Made by a program: the position numbers and the translations under genes. Under the pieces are notes generated by a model, which was not told the origin of the DNA, did no database searches, and worked only from the letters and a program-made list of their open reading frames with translations. A stretch of 54,740 bases of DNA, the filler included, from Catajapyx aquilonaris (taxonomy: Eukaryota), in the NCBI GenBank assembly GCA_000934665.2. It is 3 parts of 3 records of this genome, joined end to end, with 100 filler letters (N's around TTAATTAATTAA, not from the genome) between each part and the next. Parts side by side here need not be neighbours in the genome. Positions count along the whole stretch, not along the records: positions 1 to 22,458 come from JYFJ02007316.1; 2 more parts are not named here. One strand, 5' to 3'. Shown here in pieces: positions 1 through 12,300 of this stretch (position 1 is the first letter of the stretch; every line of letters starts with the position of its first letter).

Positions 1-234
1 TTTCTTTACGTGTGTAACGCCGCGTTACACACCAAAGGCTTTGGTTAGACTATCCACAGTTTATTGATGCAATACGATACATTGTCAACGTTTAAAAATG
101 CACACTAATTCTTCCTAGAATCGGTTAACTATAGTAGTTTTTTGTCGTACAAGTTTCTAGGAGACAAGAATTAACTCATCCCTCCCACCCAATATTGTAC
201 CAATCCCTTTTGATGAACTGATTATTATTTCCAG

Positions 235-821
235 AATGCGTTACACCGAGGCGTGCATCAACGAAGTCCTGCGTTACTCTGCTTTTGCCGTATCAGGACT
301 TGTTCATTGCACCACGGAAGACATAGGTGCTGACTTCTAATTTTCTGTGTTATTGTGTACGTAATACAAGTTATTTACCTGACCACTACCTATCTTGATT
401 TGACAGAATTCATGGGCTATCACATTCCGAAGAGAACGCCAGTTATTTCCAACTTGTATTATGCTTTGCATGACCCTCGATATTGGGATGAGCCGGAAAT
501 TTTTTTACCAGAGAGGTTCATGGGCGAAGATGATCTTGCTAAGAACAACGTGGCATACCTCATATTTGGATACGGTGAGTGAATTGTGTGAGACTACTTG
601 AATGTCATGAACCTAGTTTGATGTTTCCTTCGGCAGGAAAGAGAGTGTGCCCAGGAGAAGTACTCGCTCGCACACAGCTCTTTCTCTTCACCTCTGCCCT
701 GATACAGAGATTCGAGTTCTCCGTGATTCCAGAGGACCCTCCTTCTCTGGAGACATGTGGCGTAGGGGTTGTGTCCTATGTCAGCCCTTTCCGTCTGAGG
801 GTCACTCGCCGGCACGTGTAA
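235..821 (+). CDS. Cytochrome P450, CYP2-clan-like, last three exons (5' part lies outside the window)
   Basis: Exons 235-326, 407-574 and 637-821 join through GT-AG introns in frame. They give K-helix ExxR (EVLR), PERF and heme-binding FGYGKRVCPGE across the last junction, with TAA at 819-821. Clan is inferred from motif flavour. Confidence 0.95.
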
Positions 822-2942
822 ACATATGGCCAAGAAGATTTGTGGTCTATTCATGTCCATTTCATTTAATTCATGGATCTTCCGTGTAGCCCGTATACGA
901 ATAGTACACAATGACAATGGTATGGCGTATGCTATTCTGATGAGTGCAATGCATACATTTGTATACTCATAGTTTTAGCTACTGTACGTATAATTCAAGG
1001 GTAACATAATTATGCGTAAAATGCAAACAATTAGAAGAAGCTAACTATTAGCTGAATTAGCTCACAGGATTGTAGCCTACGTTTTAGCCGTGCATTTCCA
1101 TTCTTAAGCCTTGCTTTCCAAACCTGCATGTACAGGGCACGTTTGAAGAACAGCATTGTTATTTGGCACACTTCCACTTTCCACAGTGAATTTGAATTAA
1201 TAATTTTTTTAAGTAACTGATATTGTAACATATCCATTAAATAGCCCTATTCTTGCGCTAACAGTAGCAGATACTGCGCAACCTACACTTAAGACCTATA
1301 AGTGTGTACAGTAGTATTGTAGGTAATTTTTGAAGAAAAAAAATTATATCCTAATACATGAATGAGAACACAGTTCACAGTTGTATTACTCGTATACAAC
1401 GTCATATTTTGTGAGATGCCCTGCATTGCATGGCTTATGCAAAATGTACTGTACTGGACATCATGCCGCATCATGCTTTGTCGAGTTCGAAGAATACCTG
1501 CATATGCCTGGGTAAGTAAAAATGTAAACATATCGTATTAAACTTAATATAGTTTTAGATGATAATTATCTACGCATATTATTGGTAAGACAACTGAAGT
1601 CAGTAGATCTACTGTAATCGAAAATGGCAGGTTTACCTGATGTCCTGTATATTGTAATGCGGAATAATTGGGAGGAGTTGACTAACAGTATACTTAATAA
1701 CCTGTAACATAAAGTCAGCAATGCTACTAAATAATATACTGTATCAACCAAAATAATCATATTAATGTGACGTTTAAGACGGATGCATGACGATTAACAG
1801 TAATGGCTCATTGTAACTATATGCGGCACATACGTCGGTCAAGCTTCAATCGTATTGCTTGGAGACTACAATCTATGTCAAAATAATTAAGTTTCGGACA
1901 AACACATCCTGCATGGAGATATTCAACCATCAACAATGTTAGCAAAGAGGTGAATGTGTTTTCCGTTGATATGACGTCAGTGTATCTACGATGATCACCA
2001 TGTGATCAGGATGAACGACGACGTTTCAAGGCCTTGGCTGCTTAACATGCAATATCTCTCCGTAGCAAGCTATCACATTAAATTGGCAAAAAACCTCCCC
2101 CCTTAAGGACGTAGGCTCTTACGTTACTGAACTGACCGAGTAGTGCATATAGGTAGATTTAGATGACATATTCACATTGGCCTTCTTTGCTTACTCCTAA
2201 TTCGATGTGTGTCCACATATTACTGATTCAACTAGAAATTAGACTACTAATTGACATCACAATGAGCAACAATGACTGAAAACAATAAAGCCTTGTGATG
2301 TCACTACCATTCTCTGGTTGTATAGCCTGCTACGCAGCATAACAGTATATGCCTATATGTTAGGCATAAGAAAGGTAATATAGCTACTGTACTAATGAAT
2401 AAATTATTCAGTAATAATTGTATAATTAAAGTTTTATCACTGATAAGGAGCGCATTTTACAGAAGTTTTCTCTACATTCTTACCAAAATCCGTGCTGGGA
2501 ATGAAGAAAATTATTGTCACATCAACTTATCAGAGTAATAATTAGTACTCCACATACATTTAAAAAGTAATGTGTATGGCACCGCTGCGAAAGTCAGATG
2601 GCATGTAATTTATACTGCACAAGGACATCCCTGTAGCCTGTAGGCAGATTTACAATTGCGCCTTTGCTATCATTATTCGCCTGTATAACATTGTACGCAA
2701 AGAAATAAAACAATTTTATAGGCTCTACTGGCAGATTATATACCTCCACTGATCACCCGAACAGATTCCCAAGTTTTAATATGCAGAGGTCAGCAGAGAC
2801 CACGCGACAAAACATGTTCCCTCTAACTAAACGTGACGAGCCGTTGACCGTTGTGCTTCTTTCACGCGGCATAAACGAGCAGCCGGGATCCAGCATGATG
2901 CAAAAAAGATCATGTGTTGAGCCGCAGAGCAGCCCCGTTGGG

Positions 2943-3140
2943 ATTCGGCCACGTATGGTGCAGATAAGGTCTGTGCATTGTTCGTCCCGTTTTGGCCTTT
3001 TCGTAGTGTGCGGGGGATGATGCAGGCCACCAATGGGGAGTCAGGCACCAATCATTCCGGCTCCTCCGAGGCCTCCACTTGGGCCAATGGGAGAGGCACA
3101 CGCGGATTCTGACACAGCGGCACGGATCAAACATGGCCGA
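2943..3140 (+). promoter_or_regulatory. Putative PDIA6 promoter with CCAAT boxes, ERSE-like, ERSE-II-like and YY1-like motifs
   Basis: GC-rich island upstream of the first coding exon. CCAAT at 3030, 3048 and 3084; CCAAT-N9-ACACG at 3084-3102 (1 mismatch to ERSE); ATTCG-G-CCACG at 2943-2953 (1 mismatch to ERSE-II); AAACATGGCCG near 3129-3139. Confidence 0.55.
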
Positions 3141-3276
3141 CACCCATCGTCGTAGAACAGTGTGACGGACGGGGCGCAGACAGAATAGAAGAAGAGGGCC
3201 GGTCGACGAGCGCTGCTTCATCCCGGGAGGCTGCGGCACCTGTTTGGAACAAGGAAGGACGACCAGAGCGGAGGGG

Positions 3277-6200
3277 ATGGATTTCCGGATAGGTGAGGAG
3301 GCGATTGGGGAGGGAAAAGGCCGGCCGGCGATGCTGGACGGAATCGAACGACCGGTGGGGGGAGTCGACATGTCACACCGGAGTGGGACCACTTGTTGGC
3401 AGTGGGTGGACCAACAGGGGGAAGGGGACAGTTTACTTGGAGCTGCATGACAACAGCTAGTGTCTATGTAGCAAATAGGTAGAGAACTAGTAAATATTTT
3501 AGACTATTTTCAAACACTGTGGAGAGCAGTGCGGAGTCACTTATTGAAAACTAGAGCTGTGACCCGTCTGGACACCCAAAATACCCTCACAGGGCTTCTG
3601 CCAATTTCCATTTGTTTACCAGGTTTTCAATCCAGTGACTGGTGGCATCACAAGTAACGGCAGTGAGGGGAACGATTGGATAAGGCATGGAGGCACTTCT
3701 CCCATTACCTTGCCATTTTAATAAGGTTAACTGCATTTTTGTCCCAACACATGTCACTTTTTGGATGCTAGTGACCCACGGAGACAATCATGTTACATGC
3801 ATTATCTAAAAAATTGAGTGTGAAAGGCATGGCCCTTTAAACAATATCAATACATTGCAACTGGGCTGTAATAATCATTAGACAAAGAGCAACTTGAGGA
3901 ACGAGTAGCAAAAATTTGAAGGGACATAGTGTTGCCATGAGTTGTCACAGATTGAGGCATGATAACTGCAGCAGAATCACATTTTGCATGTTGTCTAGAC
4001 TCTTATTGACAAATTTGATATACATTCTTCCCCACAAAAGTGCATCCCCATAAATTGTGAGCTACTGATGCTAATTGTGGGACAAAAGTACACAGGTGTT
4101 CTGACTAATTTCAATTAGCTGGCTTCCTCAGATTTTAAATACCATGAGATACGTGAATCTGTCGCAATATTCATTTTACATAGGCTGAATGGACTCTCCT
4201 GTTCTTCCAGGTACACTTCTCAGTCTCCTCACACTGGGGCTGATCCATACAGCATGGGCCTTGTACCCATCATCTTCAGATGTTGTAGAACTGACAGAGA
4301 GCAACTTTGACCGCCTCGTTCTCCAAAGTGATGCAGTGTGGGTAGTGGAGTTCTTTGCCCCGTGGTGTGGTCACTGCCAGGCTCTTGTCCCAGAGTACAG
4401 TAAATTGGCAACTGCCATGAAAGGGACAGCAAAGATAGGTTCTGTGGATGCGGAGCAACACAAGTCCCTGGCCGGACGATATGGGATCCAAGGCTTTCCA
4501 ACGATCAAAATTTTTGGGGCAGACAAGAAGAAACCCACAGACTATCAGGGTGAACGGACTGCCAAGGCCATCGTTTCTAATGTCTTCCAAGTCATGAGGG
4601 CTAAGGTGGATGATCGACTTGGTGGTGGAGGAGGAGGAGGAAAGTCCAAGACCTCGGGTAGTGGAAAGGTAAGGGTAGACTATTAATTTTTTCAGGCAAT
4701 GTTGGTTTCTTGTGACACATGTACCACATTCTGTACTTTGAGACAACTGCCAATCTTGATTTCAGGGTGACAGCAAGGATGTGGTCGAGTTGACAGATGA
4801 CAACTTTGATTCATTGGTCTTGGGTTCTGATGACATGTGGTTGGTGGAGTTCTTTGCCCCATGGTGTGGACATTGTCAGCGCCTAGCGCCTCATTGGACA
4901 GAGGCAGCCACTGAGCTTAAGGGAAAAGTCAAGCTGGGTACGCTGGATGCCACTGTGCACAAAGTCAAGGCCAGCCAGTACAATGTAAATGGCTTTCCCA
5001 CCATTAAGTTCTTCCCACCTGGGCCAAAGGCTGGAAGCAGTAGTGCAGAGGAGTATGATGGAGGAAGGACTGCATCTGACATTGTGTCGTGGGCCACAGA
5101 CAAACTTTCTGAGTCTGTCCCTCCTCCAAAGATCATACAGGTACCTGTAATTTGTTTGATCTCTGCCACCTTGAGACAAAAAGAAGTAATTGCCTTCATT
5201 CTAGTGCAAGCTTTCTTGTCTGTATGGACTGGCCTCACACTCAAATTTAGAGAATAGACCAAGAAGGCATAAAAAATATTTTATGATAAATCATATTGAA
5301 GGAGATGTCACATATTTTATATTTCCGAGAGATTTGCTCTGACCTGTGATTCAGCTAACTAGGTTAATTAGGAGGGTAAAGAAAAGAACTAGTCAAGAGT
5401 TTTCACTTTTTCAACTGACAAGTAAGAGATCACCCCTAACAAGTAATTTAGGCACTCCAGGTGGAACAATTCAAATAGTTGCATTATGTAACTGGATATT
5501 TAGCCACAAAAAACAGGAGATCCTGAAAATCCTAATTAGGCACAGTTGAATACAGGACACATGTGCAAAAAAAAAAAAAAACACAGTCAGTCAAATGTTA
5601 ATTTGTGGTATAATTTTAAATGGTCTCTTCATGTCCTGAATGCCATAACATTACCCTTTCCTCAGGTCTTGCTTGTTACACAATTATCTTCCCATTCTTT
5701 AGGTGTTGGTGCTTAATGTTCCTTGTAAACAATGCCGTTGCTCGCAGATTGTTAGTTTACAAACGACAAAATGGATTGGGGGAGGTGGAAGGGTTTGAGA
5801 AAATATGGACTTGAAAACTATTTTATGAGTGTCGAGATATTATGCACTAGGTAGAATGCATAAAGGAATGCACAATCTTTCCTACTTCTACCTGATGGGG
5901 AAGAAACCATTGTGAGTAATCTTAATGGTCATCAACATTGTGACCTTTCCTTGTAAAAGAAGAAAATTGAACTGAAATGAGAGCTTTTTGAATTTAGTAT
6001 CTAACTACTTTTGTCAGTAAGAATATTACAAGACAGTGCACATGGCATTTCCAGGTTACAAGCCAATCTGTGTTGCAATCAGCATGTGAGGAACACCCAC
6101 TGTGTGTGGTGTCTGTCCTGCCCCACATATTGGATTGCCAGTCAGAGTGCCGAAATAACTACCTTGAAGTGCTGGCTCGCCTTGGTGACCGGTATCGAAA

Positions 6201-7472
6201 GAAGCTATGGGGATGGATCTGGGCAGAAGCTGGGGCTCAACCTGCCCTGGAGGAGGCCCTGGAGATTGGTGGGTTTGGCTACCCTGCACTGGCTGTGCTC
6301 AATGCCAAGAAGAACATGTACTCCATTCTCCGAGGCTCCTTCAGTGAGGATGGCATTGCAGAATTTTTGAGGTATAGTACCAATATTTTTGTTGCGTTAA
6401 TTAATGGATGGATGTGCATTTAGCCTGTGCTTTGAAGCAAGCTATACTACACTTGCAAATCATGTGCATGTGGAACCTATATTCCCTCCCAAATGACATT
6501 GATTGATTGATTGATTGTTAAACAGTTTACTACTGATATAACAGCCTTCGCTATAACAGACTCTCGGTTATAGCAGACTTAAAAGGGAGGTCCCAGCGTA
6601 CTTCCTTATATGGCCTGTGTATTTGGTTATAACAGACCTTGGTTGTAGCAGATTGATTTCCTCTGTTCCTTGAAGTCGGTTATATCTGGAGTCGATTGTA
6701 AATATTTCAGGGGTCAAATCTTAAAATTTTTGTCCAGGTGCAAAATTTGCATTCCAGTGTTTCATCTGGAGTGCAAATTGTTTACTCAGTGGAGTGCTTA
6801 ATTTGTAAATACTGGGTTTAGCCATGTCAAAAACCAGCACCAACTGGAGTGCAAATTGCACCTTGGCACCCTAATATTTCGACCATTGATATTTGCACAG
6901 ATTTTATTTATGTAGTTGATATTTTGGATAGCCAAAGGTGTGCACACACACAAATAAGGTCACATGGCACACTGCTGTAATGGGTATTGCATTGTTTAGC
7001 TTTAGAATGGAATGTTTTGGCAACATAATTTGCAGTTAAAAACACACAAGCCCTCGCACAAGCCTGAAAAGTATAGTCAGGCAAATCATAAGTAGCTCAC
7101 CAGTTAGGATCCCAGCACTTCACGTGGGTGCATGCGGCAGTGAGAGGGGTACGCAGGAATATTTTTAGAGGCATCAGGCATCAGTCACTGTTATATGGTA
7201 GGTAGGGTCTGTGCAAGGGCTCTTGCAGGTTCTCAGTTGAATCTCCAACTGGGGTGTAGGGTTTTCACATAGAGGTGCTTTTTGACTATGCTATTCCTTC
7301 TTGTAGGGAAGTGTCCTATGCCAGCCGAAGTGTGGCAACTTTCCCCATTCGAGGGGCAGCTCTTCCCAAAGTTGCAGACTCTGAGGCTTGGGACGGCAAG
7401 GATGAAGAACTAGCTGTGGAGGAAGATCTGGATCTGTCGGATGTGGACTTGGATGACCACACAGAGCTGTAG
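3277..7472 (+). CDS. PDIA6: Protein disulfide-isomerase A6 (P5/CaBP1), complete, 5 coding exons
   Basis: Exons 3277-3292 (MDFRIG|gtgagg), 4211-4668, 4766-5140, 6055-6371 and 7307-7472, all GT-AG and phase-consistent. Signal peptide, two thioredoxin domains with WCGHC, Gly-rich linker, non-catalytic b domain, acidic tail and C-terminal HTEL ER-retention signal. Confidence 0.96.
6520..6700. mobile_element. Degenerate Tc1/mariner-pogo-like MITE in PDIA6 intron 4
   Basis: Repeated TATAAC/GTTATA subterminal motifs in inverted arrangement, ending GAGTCGATTG|TA. Similar motifs occur at about 30916-31298. Confidence 0.35.
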
Positions 7473-9341
7473 GGCTTCCAAACCCCTCCTTACCCAAGAA
7501 AGAAATCATGTCCTTGCACCCCTCTCCAGCTTCCCAATGCACAAAGTAACCTGGGCAGGTAAGATGAAACTGACTGAACTGAAGTGAACTTTTTTTTTTG
7601 TCCCTTCGTCAGTGGATCTAACAGACTAATTCAGACGTGCTCTGCACCCTGAAGGCCAGTGTAATTATTAATTCTTCCCTGACATGTCGTTTTGCAATAA
7701 ATTGAGTGAACTTTTACAGTGTGGATATGTGAACAAGAAGGAATGTTGTTTTAAATAACCTTTTAATTCATTATAAAATTACAGTGTTGAGGCAGTGCTC
7801 CTCCTACATTGAAGGCAGCTGGGATCTACAGGAATATACATTTTCTTTATTGGCAGCCACTGCAATACCTTTCATATGAAGCTATCATCGCAAGTTTGGA
7901 TATTTTGCTCATGCATTTATTTTTGTGTCATTTTATCTGTTTTTACTAACAGTGTAAACAGGGTGACTTGGTAACAACACATGCATGCCAGTGTCTGCTT
8001 AATTCTACACACTTTGCAAGGAGAGTTTAATGTGGGGTTGGGGCACCACAGAGCAAACATAATAATGGTTTCAGTCATGGTTTTTTGGCTGAGAGCTGAA
8101 CTGAGCAGAATCTGAGCTGCTGCAACTCTGCCAGAACACTAATGCTTTGTGAGATGTGGTCCCTCAGAGGAGTTTTTCAGTGTCTTCTAACATGTCAGTG
8201 CCGCTCACTCACGTTGGATGATGCACCTTGAGCTGGCTCTTGTGGAGAGTTCAGGAGCTGGAGCACAAGAACCAAAATCAAATTGCAAGTTGATTTCTGT
8301 GCAGCTGTGCTGAACAGATATCAGCTGCATGCAATAAAAAATATAGAAATCTTCTCTCAGAACTAAAGAGATTTGCTAGACAAGTTCATATTGTATCCAG
8401 GTTCCCTTAGAGACAGTGTTACAGTGGAAGATTTCTGACTCTAGGGGTGCTATTCTTTATCAGAAGAAAAAAATCCCTAGGGGAACAGAGGGACCCATTT
8501 CAGATTGTCCAGCCCATTCCATGGCAACATAATGGAGAGGATCTGTCATCTTAATTATTACCATCATCACCAGGGGTGTCTTCAGGGGAATTAGTTCTCT
8601 TTGGAAACTACTGTATAACTTATTCCCATCACCATGTGCATATCTCGACTTGCCCTAATTGGGCCCTAATGCTGTAGTCTGACAATTACACATGAAGTAT
8701 TTTAAAGATCTGTTCATAAGAGTTAATAATGGATACACTGAAGATATTCCTTTATATTTTTTTTTTGTAAGTGTTTCTTCAGGCAATGCTGGAAGATGAA
8801 ATACTCGTTATAGTGTGCATGGCGTGGACCCTGTGAGCCCCCTTCATGTACTTGTTAGTCCTAAGAAACTGAACACTATTTATTGGGTCTTATAGATGTG
8901 ATTTGAAGTAAAGTGATGGAATCTAGATGTCTGGGCTCCATAGTAGAAATTAAATACACTGTACTCCTGATTATCCGTGCTTATGAATTCACGAGTGTCG
9001 CTGGATTATAGGAAATCACAGATAATCTGAAAGTGGTCCTAGAGACCATGAAAATTAGCTGTTCACGGGTTTTTAATATACTATACATACTGTATGCTTC
9101 TTTAAGGTTTAATCAAAATAATTAAACTTACTATATGTTTTTAGTTTGTCTTCTAGAAAAAGTCTGTCATATGTGAGGTCGTGTGTCTGTGTTTGTGAGG
9201 CATATCGACATTTTTTTAGACTTTTATTTTGAATATTATTTTTTGCTGATTAACTCCACACCTGGATAATCAGGAGTACAGTGTATAATTGTTTAGCATG
9301 GCAGAAGAGTACGTATCCATGTGATGTACTGTATGTTAGTG

Positions 9342-12300
9342 CTAGAATCTTGTGTGTGGGTGTGTGTCTATGGAGTGCATAATCGAATCTACCTTTGGGG
9401 CATGAAGAGCATGTGTTGCGAGGGAATACCCAGTGGAATCGGAGGGGTGTAGGATGAGTGGCCTGGGAGGTGAGAGGGAGAGGGAGAGTGGTGGGCTGGG
9501 CCGACCCAGTCTCTGACTCAGAGGGTAGGCCTTCTTTGGTGGCGCCTTGGCTGGTGCAGGGCAGCATCGATGGAGCCAGCGCTTGTGCACACAGGTCCAG
9601 CAGCAACAACACAGGTACAGCAGCACTCCTGTCATGAACAGCGAAGCAACAATGGCGCTGATCACCATGATGGATAGCAGGATTGATTCCACTCCTGCAT
9701 TGCCCAGTCCTGTCTCCCAAAAGATATATCAAGCCCCCCAACAAAAAACAAAGCATTACCATCTTAAAGTACGAGGTTCTGCTACAATACTCCAGCCAAA
9801 GATTTTGTTGTTATATCTGCTGTTGTAAGTTCAAATTGTGCTACAAGCAGTTGTGGTCTAGAAGTGAGGTTCTGTTTGAATTCGTGAATTTTCACATTAT
9901 CTGAGAGAAATCAATACCATCTCAATGCAAAACAAGCAAATCTTGTGAATCTTGTATTCTAACCCCATCATTATTGGCCGTCCAGTTACTTCGTGGCTTT
10001 TTTCTATCAATATTGAGAAAATAATGATTGATTAATATCTCTTAAGTTGTAATCACAATTGGTCACAATTAAGTCAGCATGGGAAGGTTTACATTTCCTC
10101 CCAAGCAATAAATAAGATTACAATGGTTTCATCTAAGAACGTTTGGTTAACAGTGCGCATATTATGATAATGCATCATCATCATCTCTCTTACTCTTGAT
10201 ACTGTATGTGTATTTATTTTACAAATTTAACATTACCCTTCACAACCAATGGCATTGATTTACGTGTGCAAATGAATGCAAGTGAAGTGTCACATGAATA
10301 CAGCTGTGGAATTATTGCTGCCTGCAAATCCCACTTTCACCTAAAGTAGCTAATGAAGTTTGCAGGTCTACATTATTTTCCAATGTAACAGCAATAAGTA
10401 TTAATTCAGCTGCAATTAAGCGGCTGATAGTGTCAAAGTTAAATATTATATTTTTCATTGAAGTTTGATCTTAAAAATAAAATGTAGCATCAGATCTGAA
10501 GTTACTATTAGAATTCCTTAACCCAAGTCATAGTCATGTGCATGGGATACGTGCAGTAGTGTTGGCATGTCCCAGCTATTTGCAGGATGGTGTTTTCTGA
10601 TTTGTAACATTACAGTCAGGTGGATTTATATGCATCATATCTTTGGCTGAACATGCATTCATTCTTGAACCAGATCATGCTTCACCTTGGCATTACAAAA
10701 TATGCAGTGCTGTTCCTGGCTGTGTCCAGCCTAGGCTGCCTGTCATATACAGGGTGGTGCATCAGCCATGTCCTAGTACAAGAGGGGGCAATGAAGAAAT
10801 TATGGATGGTTTACGCTAGCAAACACAAAGGAAGGCTTCATCAGGGAAAATAATAATGGACCTAATTATTGCTTTAAAGAATTGCTTTTCTGTAATCATA
10901 TTGCTGAGGTAAACAATCCGTAACTCCCCGTATCCCCCCCTTCGAATGGGGCACCAGGCTGTGCGTTATCTTGTATAATCTACCTTGCATAATATGGGGT
11001 GTATGAAAGGCAACATATTACAGCTCTGTGATTACTGGTTATTACGGCCTAGAATACGAAGTTCATGGGAATTATCATGCATGGTCTCATTTTTGCTGAC
11101 ATGCTTGTGTGGGGTTCCAACATGAACTCATTTCCTGAATGTATTTCAATCTTGTTTACTGTGGTACCAGTACTTCTGTATAGGTTTTCTGCAGAAGTAG
11201 ACTATTGGATATATGTAACAGTAATCCTACATTCATGACAGACTGGAACATGTGCACTTTTACACTACATAGCGAATATATTAGAGTCATTAGAGGCCGA
11301 ATAGGTCAAAGTGAGCCGGAATCGTGCATACGTCATAGTGACCCCGTCGAGCGCGTACGAGATTATGCGGCAGTATACCACAGCGTCTTTCCACTCTAGG
11401 AAATCATTTAGCGCCTGCCAGTATGCCTCATGCGCGACAAGGGTGTGGTTGCCTACACGCCAGGATGTAACGACTGCCTCCAGTTCTCCACCCTTGTGAA
11501 CTCGCGAGTACAACACACTCCCATTGAACCGAATGATCAGGACGACTGGCATGAAGCCAGATTCTGTGTGTTGTAGGGATTAAACCATGGGTTAAACGTT
11601 GAAGAAACACATTTTCAAGCCGTCTGAGCTACTGTATCATACAGGACCTGTCCCTCTTACTGCGTATAACATGTTGCCTTCCCACGTTTCCATGCACTAT
11701 GTAACGCATATAATAAAAATCTCAATAGGATTCTCGAATATACCCTGTATATTAAATATCAATGACATGGATAAGTCATGTGAGTCTAGTCCCCGTAGTG
11801 ACTTTCACATGATAAAATGCAATAATTGTCACAACAGTCATATCGTAATGTTATAGCCTAATTGGAAAGCAAAAATGGGGAATAATTAAAATGCAGCACA
11901 TGCACTGTGTTGCATCATTCTTAATCCAATGCTCCAAGCTAGTTCTTATAAATGCGTCAGCAAGGGTCAAGATATTCGTCGTTAAGAATTCAGGCTTGCG
12001 TGTAACTGGTGTACAAGCAGCACGATTCATCATGCCAAGGGGAATGGAACATTAAGCCATGCAACAAACTTTCGAGTCGGCACAAGCGACGTACGGGTAC
12101 CTTGGGAGCCAATAGGCCACCCAGAAGAGGAGAGTCCGACCCTGGAAGTGCTGCCGTGGACCACTCCTCCCTTGGCTGCAGATATACCCTGGACGCCCCA
12201 GGTCCAGCCCAGGGCCAACACCAGGGACAAGGCCCAGGGCCAGCCTTGGACATGGGGCCATCTCAGGGGCAGACCCACCGCCCCTGCTGAAACAAACCAG

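Noticed and set aside
4189..4210. ORF-track start MDSPVLP for PDIA6
   Set aside because: ttcttccag at 4202-4210 is a good acceptor, and an upstream phase-1 exon gives a more typical signal peptide. Minor use cannot be excluded.
6708..6888. Possible small hAT MITE in PDIA6 intron 4
   Set aside because: TIR match is weak and the flanks share only 6 bp (ATATTT), which is not a convincing TSD.
9250..9762. 170-aa minus-strand ORF overlapping paralog A's last exon
   Set aside because: Alternative frame with an intron-like T-rich 5' end. The other frame carries the TM helix and the motifs shared with paralog B.
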